Assembly (NCBI GenBank): GCA_046318155.1
Contig: JBKCUU010000089.1
Span: 1-60,929, forward strand
Source: Bdellovibrio sp.
GTDB lineage: Bacteria > Bdellovibrionota > Bdellovibrionia > Bdellovibrionales > Bdellovibrionaceae
Length of the DNA: 60,929 nt
Reading direction: 5' to 3'
Below the pieces are notes generated by a model. That model was not told where the DNA came from and did not search any database. It saw only the letters and a program-made list of their open reading frames with translations. This document shows, in pieces, positions 26,578 through 36,871 of the stretch. Made by a program: the position numbers and the translations under genes. Position 1 is the first letter of the stretch; every line of letters begins with the position of its first letter.

Positions 26578-29366
26578 TGATTAAGTCCCTGCTCATTTTG
26601 ATGTTGCTGTTCCAGGCTAAAGTCTATGCTGCAGGTCTTGATGTCGAATCGTCATTGCTCGGCGATACGGCGCACTTTGAATTTTTGGGACGCGACAATT
26701 GGAACTACGATCTTCAAAAGAAAACAGAAAAAAAACAAACTTACATTGAGCTGCGGCTGCCCGCTTTATCAGAAAAGGCCATTGCGAAGCTCAGAGCCTT
26801 TAAAGGCGGACCGGTTCGTGATGTGACCGTGGATCGCTCCGGTCCTGATGGTAGCCACATTGTCCGTCTGGATCTCAACGTCGCTGATGTCGAGAGCTTC
26901 GATTACTTGACAGATCAGCCCTCGCGCCTGATCGTCGATCTTTACCCTCAGAAGCCAAAGGTCGTCAAAAAAGAGAACTCAGCCGAAGAGGGCGCGGTCG
27001 AATCCGATGAAACCGCGGCAACTTCAGGCAAAGCAAAAAAATCAACTACTGCAAAGTCTGGCAAAAATCAAAACCGCAAGCCCGCAACGACCGATATCTT
27101 GATCGTTAAAAATGACACCATCGAAGATTTAAAGGCTGCCGCGCCCCAGACCGAAGTCCAGTCAGGCGTATTTGACGGAAGTGATCCCGGCTTTAGTCGC
27201 TTTTCTATTCAAGATTATGAAATCCGCGAAGACGCCATTATTCAGAGCCGCGAAAAAGATTACATCGATTTCCCGATGTTGCATGAGCAGCCGGGTGAGC
27301 TGCAAGTTCTGAACTCACGTCGTCCGATCTATGAAATCGATCCTCGTGACAGTAAAGACGAAAAAGTTCAAGCCGAAAACAAGATGGCGCGTTTGCTCGT
27401 GACCTTGTTCAAGAATAAGCGTTACCACGTTTTCTTGAAAACGGTTGATTGGTTCTTTGAAAAGTACCCAGACAGTGAGTACGACGAAATTATTCGGTAC
27501 ATGTGGGCGGACACCCACTATGCGCTTTTTCAAGAAAAACAAGAAGTGCGCCAATTTGATCTCGCGATGGCAAGGTACCGTGAAGTTCTAACCAAGCACC
27601 CGCAGTCGCAGTTGGCTGAACGAACGCTTTTGTTGATGGGTTACGCCAGTCTTGATCGCGGAGATTATCTCGGAACTTTGCGTATGTTTCAGCAACACTT
27701 GGCTAAACTTCCAGCTTCGGTGAACCGTGACTTGTCTCGCTTGGCGATTGCTGAGTCTTATTTAAAGCTTAATCAGTTCGACGATGCCATTGCACTGTAT
27801 GAACAAATCGAAAAAGACGCGTCTCGCCAAGACGATCGCATTCGTGCGGCGTACCTTAAGGGGGATGTTTACTTTCAACGCAAAAATGACCTACTGGCGA
27901 TTCAGACTTACCAGCAAGCTTTAAAGAAGTACCCCGAGGCTGGGATTGAGAATCCAAATGCTCTCTACAATCAAGCCTCTTCGTATTTCCGCGAAGGCGG
28001 GTACCGCGACAGCTTAAATGTCTTTAAAGAATTTCTGACAAAGTTTCCCTCGCATCCTTACGCTGGCTACGCAATGACCCGCGTGGGTGAAATCTTAGAT
28101 ATTCTAGGTGCTGATTCTTCACGCGTTATGGGTGCTTACTTAGAGGCTTATTTCAGATATGGAGATTCTCCAAGCGCCATCGTTGCCAGATTGCGTTTGC
28201 TCGGAACTCGAATGCGCTCAATGAAAGCCAAAGAAGTCGACAAGGCTGTCGCAGAGATGATCGAACTTGCGAGCAAATCTGATCTTCCTAAAATGGCTCA
28301 GTTCTCGACGCTCTTGATTGCCGAGGGATACACAAGCCGTGGAGAATATGACAAGTCAATCGATCGACTTGTTAAATTCTATCAGGCCAACCCAACTAAT
28401 GCCGATACAGCACGATTAAACACCAAAATTGTTCGCAACATTAACGAAAAAATCCGCGAGCAAGTTCAAACTGGCAAATTTATGGATGCTCTCAAGACTC
28501 ACAAGAAATTTGCCGATTCTTGGTTGAAATCATCTGACCGTATCGACACAAAATTTTGGGTAGGCAAAGCCTTTGAGCAAGCGGGCGTCTTTGCCGAATC
28601 GAGTAAGCTTTACCGTGACGTCTTAAACAAAATTTACGCTCTTCAGGGGACCAAAGCGGGGTTTGAGCGCAGCATTTTTGAAAAACTACCTTCGACAGAT
28701 TATTTGCACTTGCGTTTAGCGGCAAGTGAGTTCGCGCAAGGAAAGTGGAATCAAGCTTACGACCAACTAAGAGAAGTTCAAAAACCCGAAGCGCTTTCTG
28801 AAAGCGAGCAAATTGAACGCGTGCAAATGGGTGCAGCATTGCTCGAGAAAAAAGGGGAGCCAGAATTTGCTCTCCGGTATTTGGCTGAGTTAATCAAAAC
28901 ATGGAAGGGCGTTCCCTCGTTAGTTGCCGGTCCATATTTTGACGCTGGCGATCTCGAGATGAAGCTTGGAAAAGCAGATGACGCGCTCAAGTCTTTTAAG
29001 CGTGTTGATGAACTCATGAAAGATTCTGGACAGGTGAGTCCCCTGGTTCACGCAAAAGCGCTCGAGAAAATCGCGCAGATTTATCTCGGCAAAAAGCAGC
29101 CGGAGCAAGCCCTGCCCGTGCTTGAAAAGCTTTTGAATACTTACGAGAAAACGCGGCCGCTTGCCTCGCTCCGTTACAAGATGGGCCTGATCCACTTAGA
29201 AAAAGGACAGGTCCAAAAAGCAGCCGAAGTTTGGGCTGAGTTGAAAACTGAAAGAACCTCATTCTGGCGCAAGTTGGCCCAAGAGCAGCTCAAGGGTTCG
29301 GAGTGGGGTGATGAGTACAAAAAATATATAAAACGGATCCCCGCCATGAGCAACGACGGTAAATGA
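26577..29366 (+). CDS. Large periplasmic TPR protein with N-terminal AMIN-like domain, first gene of the flagellar operon
   Basis: Signal peptide ending VYA-A; PSRLIVDLYP AMIN-like signature; many TPR/BamD-like repeats (KYPxS, KFPSHPY); TTG start after AGGAGG. Confidence 0.85.
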   Translation: MIKSLLILMLLFQAKVYAAGLDVESSLLGDTAHFEFLGRDNWNYDLQKKTEKKQTYIELRLPALSEKAIAKLRAFKGGPVRDVTVDRSGPDGSHIVRLDLNVADVESFDYLTDQPSRLIVDLYPQKPKVVKKENSAEEGAVESDETAATSGKAKKSTTAKSGKNQNRKPATTDILIVKNDTIEDLKAAAPQTEVQSGVFDGSDPGFSRFSIQDYEIREDAIIQSREKDYIDFPMLHEQPGELQVLNSRRPIYEIDPRDSKDEKVQAENKMARLLVTLFKNKRYHVFLKTVDWFFEKYPDSEYDEIIRYMWADTHYALFQEKQEVRQFDLAMARYREVLTKHPQSQLAERTLLLMGYASLDRGDYLGTLRMFQQHLAKLPASVNRDLSRLAIAESYLKLNQFDDAIALYEQIEKDASRQDDRIRAAYLKGDVYFQRKNDLLAIQTYQQALKKYPEAGIENPNALYNQASSYFREGGYRDSLNVFKEFLTKFPSHPYAGYAMTRVGEILDILGADSSRVMGAYLEAYFRYGDSPSAIVARLRLLGTRMRSMKAKEVDKAVAEMIELASKSDLPKMAQFSTLLIAEGYTSRGEYDKSIDRLVKFYQANPTNADTARLNTKIVRNINEKIREQVQTGKFMDALKTHKKFADSWLKSSDRIDTKFWVGKAFEQAGVFAESSKLYRDVLNKIYALQGTKAGFERSIFEKLPSTDYLHLRLAASEFAQGKWNQAYDQLREVQKPEALSESEQIERVQMGAALLEKKGEPEFALRYLAELIKTWKGVPSLVAGPYFDAGDLEMKLGKADDALKSFKRVDELMKDSGQVSPLVHAKALEKIAQIYLGKKQPEQALPVLEKLLNTYEKTRPLASLRYKMGLIHLEKGQVQKAAEVWAELKTERTSFWRKLAQEQLKGSEWGDEYKKYIKRIPAMSNDGK

Positions 29367-30232
29367 GGATGATGATGAACTGGGTGGACTACGGAAGATT
29401 TCAGACTCAAAGCGAGTGTGTTGTGAGCTTGCTCAAAACCTGCGAGAAGCTGGCGTTCACCTCCGGCGCCCTGTTTATCGTTGGTGAAGAAGGCTCGGGT
29501 CGCCGAAGTTTAGGGCGCTGGATTCATGATCATAGTCAGACCCGTGGTCGATTCTTATCCTGGTCGACGCACGATTTCGATGCACCAGGCTTGCGCGAAG
29601 GCGACACGGTTCTGATCGAGAACATTCATGAGCTCGAGCAAATCGATTTGGCGAATCTTCGTCGTCACCTCGAGGCCTCGTCTGTTGAGCGTCCGCATCG
29701 CATTCGTTTTATCGTGACATCGGCAATAAATCCCAACGAATGGATGGAGACATCAAGTCAAGCGCGCCAGTTGGCTTATCGCTTGTGTGTCGTTTCATTA
29801 AAAATGCCCAATTTGCGTGATCGCCATCGAGATATCATTGGACTGGCGCAAATGTTTTTGCGAATCGCGTGCCTGGTTAACAGTTTGCCAGAGAAAAAGT
29901 TTTCTCAAGAAGCTCTGAACGTGTTGCGATCGCACGATTGGGCGGGCAACGTTGCCGAGCTAAATAACGTTGTCGAACGATCGGCATTAAAGTCCGATTC
30001 TGCATTGATATCTGAAGGTGATTTGACTTTCTTGTACTTGCAGTCGCGAACACAGGAAGAGTTGAGCCTCGGGCAATCAGGAATCACGCTAAGTGAGATG
30101 GAAAGGAAGCTTATTTTTCAGACCCTTGAAATGACCCGTCAAAACAAGACGCGCGCAGCGCAGATTCTGGGAATCAGCATCCGCACACTTCGCAATAAGT
30201 TAAACTCTTACCGTTCGGTGGAGGCAATATGA
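29363..30232 (+). CDS. Degenerate sigma54-interaction (bEBP-like) protein with Fis HTH; no receiver domain, no GAFTGA
   Basis: GEEGSGRR (altered Walker A), LAYRL, WAGNVAELNN, HTH NKTRAAQILGISIRTLRNKL. Confidence 0.8.
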   Translation: MRMMMNWVDYGRFQTQSECVVSLLKTCEKLAFTSGALFIVGEEGSGRRSLGRWIHDHSQTRGRFLSWSTHDFDAPGLREGDTVLIENIHELEQIDLANLRRHLEASSVERPHRIRFIVTSAINPNEWMETSSQARQLAYRLCVVSLKMPNLRDRHRDIIGLAQMFLRIACLVNSLPEKKFSQEALNVLRSHDWAGNVAELNNVVERSALKSDSALISEGDLTFLYLQSRTQEELSLGQSGITLSEMERKLIFQTLEMTRQNKTRAAQILGISIRTLRNKLNSYRSVEAI

Positions 30233-30639
30233 GTTTCATGTTCGGCAAGACAACTCAAGCTTTAGGCACGGCACTGAACATGCGGCTTTTGAAGCACAAT
30301 GTGATTTCATCCAATGTCGCCAATGCAGAGACGCCGAACTATCATGCAAAAAAACTCGACTTCGAAGAGGCCTTGGCTCGAGCCGTGGATTTAGATGGAA
30401 TGCGCTCAATAAACACAACTCATGGTGAGCACTTTGGCCTGGGAGGCAGAAGCCCTGCTAAGGTAGGACCTGACATTTATGAGAATCCCGATGGGCAAGT
30501 GACGAACGATGGCAATACTGTTGATCTTGAAAAAGAAATGTCGGCTCTTGCAGAAAATACAGTGATGTATAAAGCCGCGCTTCAACTCATCAATAAAAAA
30601 CTGGCGTCGCTTCGTTACGCCGTGACTGAAGGTCGCTAA
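30229..30639 (+). CDS. flgB: Flagellar basal-body rod protein FlgB
   Basis: NVANAETPNY, DGNTVDLEKEM. Confidence 0.95.
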   Translation: MSFMFGKTTQALGTALNMRLLKHNVISSNVANAETPNYHAKKLDFEEALARAVDLDGMRSINTTHGEHFGLGGRSPAKVGPDIYENPDGQVTNDGNTVDLEKEMSALAENTVMYKAALQLINKKLASLRYAVTEGR

Positions 30640-31082
30640 TGGCTGATTTTTTAAGCGGATTCCGCGTGAGCAGCTCGGGGATGACGGCGCAGCGAATGCG
30701 GATGAATACAATTTCTTCGAACATTGCCAACATCAACACGACCAGAACACCTGAGGGTGGTCCCTACCGCCGTAAAGATATCGTCTTCGAATCCATGCCC
30801 GACGCGCGAAATTTCGGAGAAATTATAGGATCGGCCGACCCGAAGGCGAATGTACAGCGCGTTCAAGTGACAGACATCATCTCTGACACGAAAGCGCCGT
30901 TGATGAAGTATGAGCCCGACCATCCAGATTCGAATGAGGACGGCTATGTCGCCTACCCCAACATCAACCTGATGGAAGAGATGACAAATATGATTCAGGC
31001 CACTCGAGCTTACGAGGCCAACGTCTCGTCGTTACAGTCAGCAAAAGACATGGCGTTGTCTTCACTTGAGATCGGAAGATAA
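30639..31082 (+). CDS. flgC: Flagellar basal-body rod protein FlgC
   Basis: SGMTAQRMRMN..NIAN, GGPYRRK, YEPDHPD, RAYEAN. Confidence 0.97.
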   Translation: MADFLSGFRVSSSGMTAQRMRMNTISSNIANINTTRTPEGGPYRRKDIVFESMPDARNFGEIIGSADPKANVQRVQVTDIISDTKAPLMKYEPDHPDSNEDGYVAYPNINLMEEMTNMIQATRAYEANVSSLQSAKDMALSSLEIGR

Positions 31083-31164
31083 ATACGGCCCTTAAGGCGC
31101 GAAGAGAGCAGATTTTAGAGCGATTTTTGAGAAGTTTAAGTACACTAAGTAAAGAGGGTAAGCC

Positions 31165-31512
31165 ATGGACAGTTTCACGGTTTCTAGAGCAAATCGGTTT
31201 CTCGAGACAGGAAGTCTCGACAACAAATCGATGAAGATCAACGGTGGGTCCTCCCAGGTCGGGATGCTCGGATCGGTATCTCCCGCAAGCGACAAGAGTT
31301 TTGCCGCCACCCTCCAAGAGGCCGTTGGTAAGGTCAATGACATGCAGTTGACCGCAGAAAAAGGTGCGCAAGAATTGGCAACTGGCCGCACCGATAACAT
31401 CGCCGACGTTATGATCATGACTGAAAAGGCAGATATCGCCCTAAAGTTGATGATGCAAGTTCGCAATAAGATTATTGATGCCTATCAAGAAGTCATGAAA
31501 ATGCAGGTTTAA
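31165..31512 (+). CDS. fliE: Hook-basal body complex protein FliE
   Basis: QVRNKIIDAYQEVMKMQV. Confidence 0.96.
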   Translation: MDSFTVSRANRFLETGSLDNKSMKINGGSSQVGMLGSVSPASDKSFAATLQEAVGKVNDMQLTAEKGAQELATGRTDNIADVMIMTEKADIALKLMMQVRNKIIDAYQEVMKMQV

Positions 31513-31582
31513 TTAGTTAACAAATGCTTTTAGAAGTGATGGCAAGATTGATGAAGAGTGTTCGTGCAAAGGGGAGTAGATC

Positions 31583-33232
31583 TTGAATAAGATTTTCGGA
31601 AACTTGATCATGCAGTTTCAGGATTTTTTAAAAACTCTGGGACCAACAAAGCGCTTGTCGATCTTGGCAGCGAGTCTGGTTTCGCTTGTTGGGCTTGTGG
31701 TTATTGCCTTTATGGTGAGCGGCAAGGACTATGCACCGTTGCTGACAAACGTTCCCAGCGATCAAGTTTCAACGATCGTTGCAAAGTTGAACGAGAAAAA
31801 TGTGCCTTTCCAGCTCCGCGACGACGGCAAAACGGTCACGGTTCCCAAAGAACTTTTGCACAGCACGCAAATGAGCCTGATGTCGGAGCTCGGCTCTACG
31901 AAGCTTGGAAGCATCGGTCTTGAAATTTTTGATAAACAGGATTTTGGAAGTTCGACGTACGCGCAAAAAATTAATTATCAGCGCGCTCTTCAAGGGGAGT
32001 TGATGCGTTCGATCAACACGCTCGGTGCCGTGAAACAATCCAAGGTCATTCTTGCCTTGCCAAACAAAAAAACTTTTTTAGAAGAAGGCGGTCAGGCCAC
32101 CGCTTCGGTCGTGATCGAGATGCATCCTGGCAAGAATTTAAGCCTTGATCAAGTTCGCGGGATTCAATACTTGGTCTCGTCAGCGGTCGAAGGTCTAGAG
32201 GCCGAAAAAGTAGCCGTTGTCGACGACCGCGGTAAGATGTTGTCCAAAGCCACGGATGGAAGCACCGCGGGTACCAGTGAGATCATGGAAATTAAACGCA
32301 AGGTGGAAACCGATCTCGAAGATCGTATCGAAGCCATGCTGACAAAAGTCGTGGGTCAGGCAAAAGTCATCGCCCGCGTAGACGCAACTCTCAACAACCG
32401 CTTAGTTCAGGCGGTTGAAGAATCCATTGATCCTGACAAAACGGCGATCCGAAGTCAGCAATCTGAAGAGGAGTCGATGGACGGTGCCCGCACTAATCCT
32501 GCGGGAATTCCCGGCTCGCGTTCCAATATTCCCGGGTCCGAGGATGCGGGGCAAGTGGGATTTAAGCAAGACGTTAAAAAAGAGATTAAAACGACAAACT
32601 ACGAAATTCCGAAAACAGTGCGTAATATCAAAGAAATGGCGGGCGGACTTGAGCGTATTAGCGTGGCCATCATCGTGGATGGTGTGCAAACAAGTTTGAC
32701 CAAGGAAGATGGTACGGTTGAAACCAAATGGAATCCTCGCTCGCCTGAGGAGCTTCAAAAATACGAGTCACTCGTTAAAAGTGCGATTGGCTTTAAAGCC
32801 GACCGGGGTGACTCAGTTAAAATCGAAAATATTCAGTTTATCGCTGAGGACTTTACAGAAGCCGAAAAGTTGCTCACTTCGCTTGAACGCAAGAAGTTGA
32901 TGCACGCACTTTTTAAATGGTCGCTGCTTGGATTTAGCTTAGCCTTATTCTTTTTTATCGTAGTGCGCCCGTTCATGCAGTGGATCACCGATTCGTTTCA
33001 TGACTCTATCGAGGATATGTTGCCTCGGACAATCGAGGAGCTCGAAGAGTTGCACTCGGTCGACAGCACTTTGCCAGGTATGAGCTCGGCTTTGCCGATC
33101 CTTGAAGAGGCAATTGACCCCGAAAAAGCTGAAAGCGAACTGCTTAAAGATCGAATCATTGCGATTATGGAAGTCGACGAAGAGAAGGCCGCCAATGCCT
33201 TTGGCATGTGGCTCTTGAGAAGGGACCTGTAA
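31583..33232 (+). CDS. fliF: Flagellar MS-ring protein FliF
   Basis: GLEIFD, NYQRALQGELMRSI, ATASVV, LVSSAVEGL; two TM segments. Confidence 0.96.
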   Translation: MNKIFGNLIMQFQDFLKTLGPTKRLSILAASLVSLVGLVVIAFMVSGKDYAPLLTNVPSDQVSTIVAKLNEKNVPFQLRDDGKTVTVPKELLHSTQMSLMSELGSTKLGSIGLEIFDKQDFGSSTYAQKINYQRALQGELMRSINTLGAVKQSKVILALPNKKTFLEEGGQATASVVIEMHPGKNLSLDQVRGIQYLVSSAVEGLEAEKVAVVDDRGKMLSKATDGSTAGTSEIMEIKRKVETDLEDRIEAMLTKVVGQAKVIARVDATLNNRLVQAVEESIDPDKTAIRSQQSEEESMDGARTNPAGIPGSRSNIPGSEDAGQVGFKQDVKKEIKTTNYEIPKTVRNIKEMAGGLERISVAIIVDGVQTSLTKEDGTVETKWNPRSPEELQKYESLVKSAIGFKADRGDSVKIENIQFIAEDFTEAEKLLTSLERKKLMHALFKWSLLGFSLALFFFIVVRPFMQWITDSFHDSIEDMLPRTIEELEELHSVDSTLPGMSSALPILEEAIDPEKAESELLKDRIIAIMEVDEEKAANAFGMWLLRRDL

Positions 33233-33235
33233 CCT

Positions 33236-34270
33236 ATGAAGCTGAGTAAACCTGATAATCTTGAGTATGAAAAACTACGCGGCTTTGAAAAAGCCTCCAT
33301 CTTAGTTAATTACCTAGGTCCGAGCGCTTTGCGTGTTTTGTTTAAAGGCCTTGATGATGGGGACATTCGAAAGCTTTTAAACTCGATGCCTAAGTTTCGA
33401 GTTGTTCCCGTTCACGTGACCAAAAAAGTTCTCGAAGAATTTTATGAACTCGTCTCAGAGACTGAAGATTATATCTTCTCTGAAAACTCAGGAAGCAAAG
33501 ACTCGATCGTTCAAGCGCTGGGTGAAGATCGGGCTCGCGCGATTTTGGGCGGTTTGAACGTTGTTTCCGGTGCCGCCCGTACGCTTGAGTCGCTTGAATT
33601 GGTCGATGCCAAATCGTTGTCGACTTTTTTGGTGAGCGAGCACCCCCAGACAGTGGCCGTGATCATGGCGCACTTAGAGCCCGAAAAAAAGGGCGAGGTT
33701 TTAAAGCGATTGCCCGAGACCTTGCAGGCGGAGGTCGTCCTGCGTATGTCTAACTTGGACCATGTCGCACCTGAGCTCATTATCGAAATTGATCAAGTCC
33801 TGAAAAAAGAACTCTCGTCGATGTCATCGGTTGAGCAAACGGCACTGGGCGGGGTTCAGCCGGTGGCCGAAATGCTCAACGTGATGGACAAAAACACGGA
33901 GACGTCGATTATGTCTCGCCTTGAAGAAAAAGATCCACTCTTGGCGGAAGAAATTCGCAAGCTCATGTTTGTCTTCGAAGATATTTCCAAGATCGACGAT
34001 CGAGGAATTCAGGTTCTTCTCAAAGAAGTTACGAACGACAAGCTGCTGCTGGCTCTCAAGACGGCCAACGACGAGATCAAAAACAAGTTCTTCAAGAATC
34101 TTTCTCAGCGTGCGGCCGAGATGCTTCGCGAGGATCTCAACAATATGGGGCCATCACGTCTGTCGGACGTCGAGGGTGCTCAGCAAGAGATTGTAAATGC
34201 GGCAAGACGCTTGGAAGCCGAAGGCAAGATTCTCATCGCACGTGGCGGATCGGAGGATGCACTTGTCTAA
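33236..34270 (+). CDS. fliG: Flagellar motor switch protein FliG
   Basis: EHPQTVA, GG linker, MFVFED, NLSQRAA, GPSRLSDVE. Confidence 0.97.
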   Translation: MKLSKPDNLEYEKLRGFEKASILVNYLGPSALRVLFKGLDDGDIRKLLNSMPKFRVVPVHVTKKVLEEFYELVSETEDYIFSENSGSKDSIVQALGEDRARAILGGLNVVSGAARTLESLELVDAKSLSTFLVSEHPQTVAVIMAHLEPEKKGEVLKRLPETLQAEVVLRMSNLDHVAPELIIEIDQVLKKELSSMSSVEQTALGGVQPVAEMLNVMDKNTETSIMSRLEEKDPLLAEEIRKLMFVFEDISKIDDRGIQVLLKEVTNDKLLLALKTANDEIKNKFFKNLSQRAAEMLREDLNNMGPSRLSDVEGAQQEIVNAARRLEAEGKILIARGGSEDALV

Positions 34271-35033
34271 ACTTTTGGGTTCGAAAGAGTCGCGAAAGGC
34301 CGTACTTGAGTACAGCCCTCGTAAAATCATGCAAGGCGTCTCTGATACGGCCTTGCAGTCCTTCGAGTACAATCGCACTCAGGGCTCTGATTTTCGCATG
34401 AGCGACCTCGTTCGTGCACAAACGGGTTTGGATAAGATAGAATCCGCAAATACTGAAGAAGAAATAGAACGTCGTACAATTGAGCGCATGAAAGAGGTTC
34501 AAGAGAGCGCTTATCAAGAGGCCCATCAGCTGGGCTTGGATGACGGACGCAAAGAGGCGTTTGCGGCCTCGATGCAAATGATCGACGAGAAGTTAAGCGA
34601 GCTTGGAGCTTTGATTGGTTCAATCAAGAGTATTAAGACCGAGCTTTTGGTGCAGAATGAGCGGCATTTAATCGAACTTGCGTTTCACATGGCAAAGCGT
34701 TTGGCCGCCTATGAGATCTCGGTCAATCCTGAGGCGACGGTTGCAATCGTGCGCCAAGCTGTCGGCATGTCGCAATCCGAAGAGAATCTCGTCGTTCAGG
34801 TCAGCCCTTCAAATTTGCAGTTTTTGGAGACTTTAAAAAATGAGACAGGCCGTGAATTTGAATTTGCCAAAAAAATGAAATTCGAATCCAATGAAGAGAT
34901 CGTTGGTGGCGGCTGTATCGTCATCTCGAATTACGGTGAGGTCGACTCACGAATGGAAGAGCGCTTCAAGCAACTCTGGTCAAGCCTTGAACAAATATTA
35001 CCCCGCCTCAAAGAAAAAGTGAGCGCGGCTTAA
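34257..35033 (+). CDS. fliH: Flagellar export protein FliH
   Basis: Position between fliG and fliI; AxxxA/GxxxG repeats; GGCIVISNYGEVD. Confidence 0.88.
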   Translation: MHLSKLLGSKESRKAVLEYSPRKIMQGVSDTALQSFEYNRTQGSDFRMSDLVRAQTGLDKIESANTEEEIERRTIERMKEVQESAYQEAHQLGLDDGRKEAFAASMQMIDEKLSELGALIGSIKSIKTELLVQNERHLIELAFHMAKRLAAYEISVNPEATVAIVRQAVGMSQSEENLVVQVSPSNLQFLETLKNETGREFEFAKKMKFESNEEIVGGGCIVISNYGEVDSRMEERFKQLWSSLEQILPRLKEKVSAA

Positions 35034-36391
35034 TGACAGGTGTGGTGACACCGCTGAATGCGGCTCCAGAACCGTCGATAGACTTTAAAAAATATCATGA
35101 CATGATTGCCGGTCTGCACATGACTCGCGATAGTGGCCGGGTGACCGAGGTGACGGGCCTTTTGATTAAGGGCACTTTACCTGGGGCCTCACTAGGCTCA
35201 GTTTGTGAAGTGGTCCCGAATGGAACTGAAAAATCTTTTTTGGCCGAGGTGATCGGCTTTCGTGATCAATCGGTTTTGATGATGCCGCTCTCAGAAATGC
35301 GCGGAGTTTCAATGGGCGCACGAATCAATCTGGCGAAACAGGCTGCGACCGTCAAGGTCGGACCTCATCTGCTGGGCCGGGTCGTTGATGGCTTGGGTCG
35401 TCCTTTAGATGGCAAAGGTGAAATCGAAACCAGCCGTGAAGTTCCTTTGTATTCTGATGTTCGTAATCCGCTCGAACGCAAGCCGATTCGGCAACCGCTT
35501 GATCTGGGTATTCGCGCTATCAACGGCCTAACGACCGTTGGCCAGGGTCAGCGGATCGGAATCATGGCCGGCTCCGGTGTTGGCAAGTCAGTTCTTCTAG
35601 GAATGATGGCCCGAAACACCAAAGCTGATGTCAACGTGATCGCGCTGATTGGTGAGCGGGGTCGTGAGGTTCGTGAGTTTATCGAGAATGACTTAGGCCC
35701 CGAGGGTATGAAACGCTCGATTGTGATCTGTGTGACGTCAGATCAATCGCCTCTTATTCGGATGCGCGGCGCCTTTGTTGCGACGGCGATTGCTGAGTTC
35801 TTCTCTTCATCAGGTAAAAGTGTTCTGTTGATGATGGACTCGGTGACTCGTTTTGCAATGGCCCAACGAGAAATCGGCCTTTCTGCCGGAGAGCCTCCGA
35901 CGACCAAGGGCTATACGCCAAGCGTATTCTCAACTCTGCCTCGCCTGCTTGAGCGTGCGGGTGCGTTTGAAAAAGAAGGGAGCATAACGGGTCTCTACAC
36001 CGTCCTCGTAGAAGGTGACGACATGGATGACCCGATTGCCGATGCGGTTCGATCGATTGTTGACGGGCACATTGTCCTGTCTCGAAAATTAGCGCACAAA
36101 GCTCACTATCCTGCGATTGACGTCCTCGCCTCGACGAGCCGGGTAATGAAGGCCGTTTCAACGCCAGATCAGGTCCGCTTGGCACAAAAGATGCGCGAGC
36201 TCATGGCGACATACCGCGAGGCCGAAGACCTTATCAATATCGGTGCTTACAAGCCCGGGAGTAATCCAAAAATCGACAAAGCGGTTAAGTCGATTGATGA
36301 GATCACAGATTTTCTTGTACAAAACGTGAATGATCCAACTGATCTGAGCAACACGATCCGCCGTATGCAGGCGATTGTGATGAATGTCTGA
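35033..36391 (+). CDS. fliI: Flagellar export ATPase FliI
   Basis: AGSGVGKS, GERGREVREF, DSVTRFAMAQREIG, GEPP. Confidence 0.97.
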   Translation: MTGVVTPLNAAPEPSIDFKKYHDMIAGLHMTRDSGRVTEVTGLLIKGTLPGASLGSVCEVVPNGTEKSFLAEVIGFRDQSVLMMPLSEMRGVSMGARINLAKQAATVKVGPHLLGRVVDGLGRPLDGKGEIETSREVPLYSDVRNPLERKPIRQPLDLGIRAINGLTTVGQGQRIGIMAGSGVGKSVLLGMMARNTKADVNVIALIGERGREVREFIENDLGPEGMKRSIVICVTSDQSPLIRMRGAFVATAIAEFFSSSGKSVLLMMDSVTRFAMAQREIGLSAGEPPTTKGYTPSVFSTLPRLLERAGAFEKEGSITGLYTVLVEGDDMDDPIADAVRSIVDGHIVLSRKLAHKAHYPAIDVLASTSRVMKAVSTPDQVRLAQKMRELMATYREAEDLINIGAYKPGSNPKIDKAVKSIDEITDFLVQNVNDPTDLSNTIRRMQAIVMNV

Positions 36392-36418
36392 TGACCTAAT
36401 GAGGGTCTGAAAAAATCT

Positions 36419-36871
36419 ATGGCAAAATTTAGATTCGGTCTCGAAAAAGTCCTAGGTTACCGCAAGGTCATTGAAGACCTCGCACAGCGGGATTATTCTG
36501 AAGCCCAATCGCACCTTAATTCTGAAATTCAGGTTCTTGAAGAGCTGAAAGCAAAAAAGCATGAAGCCTTTGAAAATCGCTACCAGCGCCAGGTCCAGGG
36601 TGGTGCCCAGTCCGAGGCCCTGTCGCAGGTCCACGATTTCCTAAAGGGCCAGGACTTACGGATCAAGATCCAGAGTAAAAAAGTCCAAGATATCGAAAAA
36701 CAAGTCGAGGAGCTCAGATCTATTTTGCGAGAGAAGGCCGTCGATACTAAAATAATGGTGGGACTTAAAGAGCGAAAACAGGATGATTTTCGCACGGAGC
36801 AGAAAAAGATCGAGCAAAAAAAGCTCGATGACATTGCAACGACTCAGCGTAGACGCAAGGACGCAGACTGA
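36419..36871 (+). CDS. fliJ: Flagellar export protein FliJ
   Basis: KFRFGLEKVL start, coiled coil, EQKKLDD end; follows fliI. Confidence 0.88.
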   Translation: MAKFRFGLEKVLGYRKVIEDLAQRDYSEAQSHLNSEIQVLEELKAKKHEAFENRYQRQVQGGAQSEALSQVHDFLKGQDLRIKIQSKKVQDIEKQVEELRSILREKAVDTKIMVGLKERKQDDFRTEQKKIEQKKLDDIATTQRRRKDAD

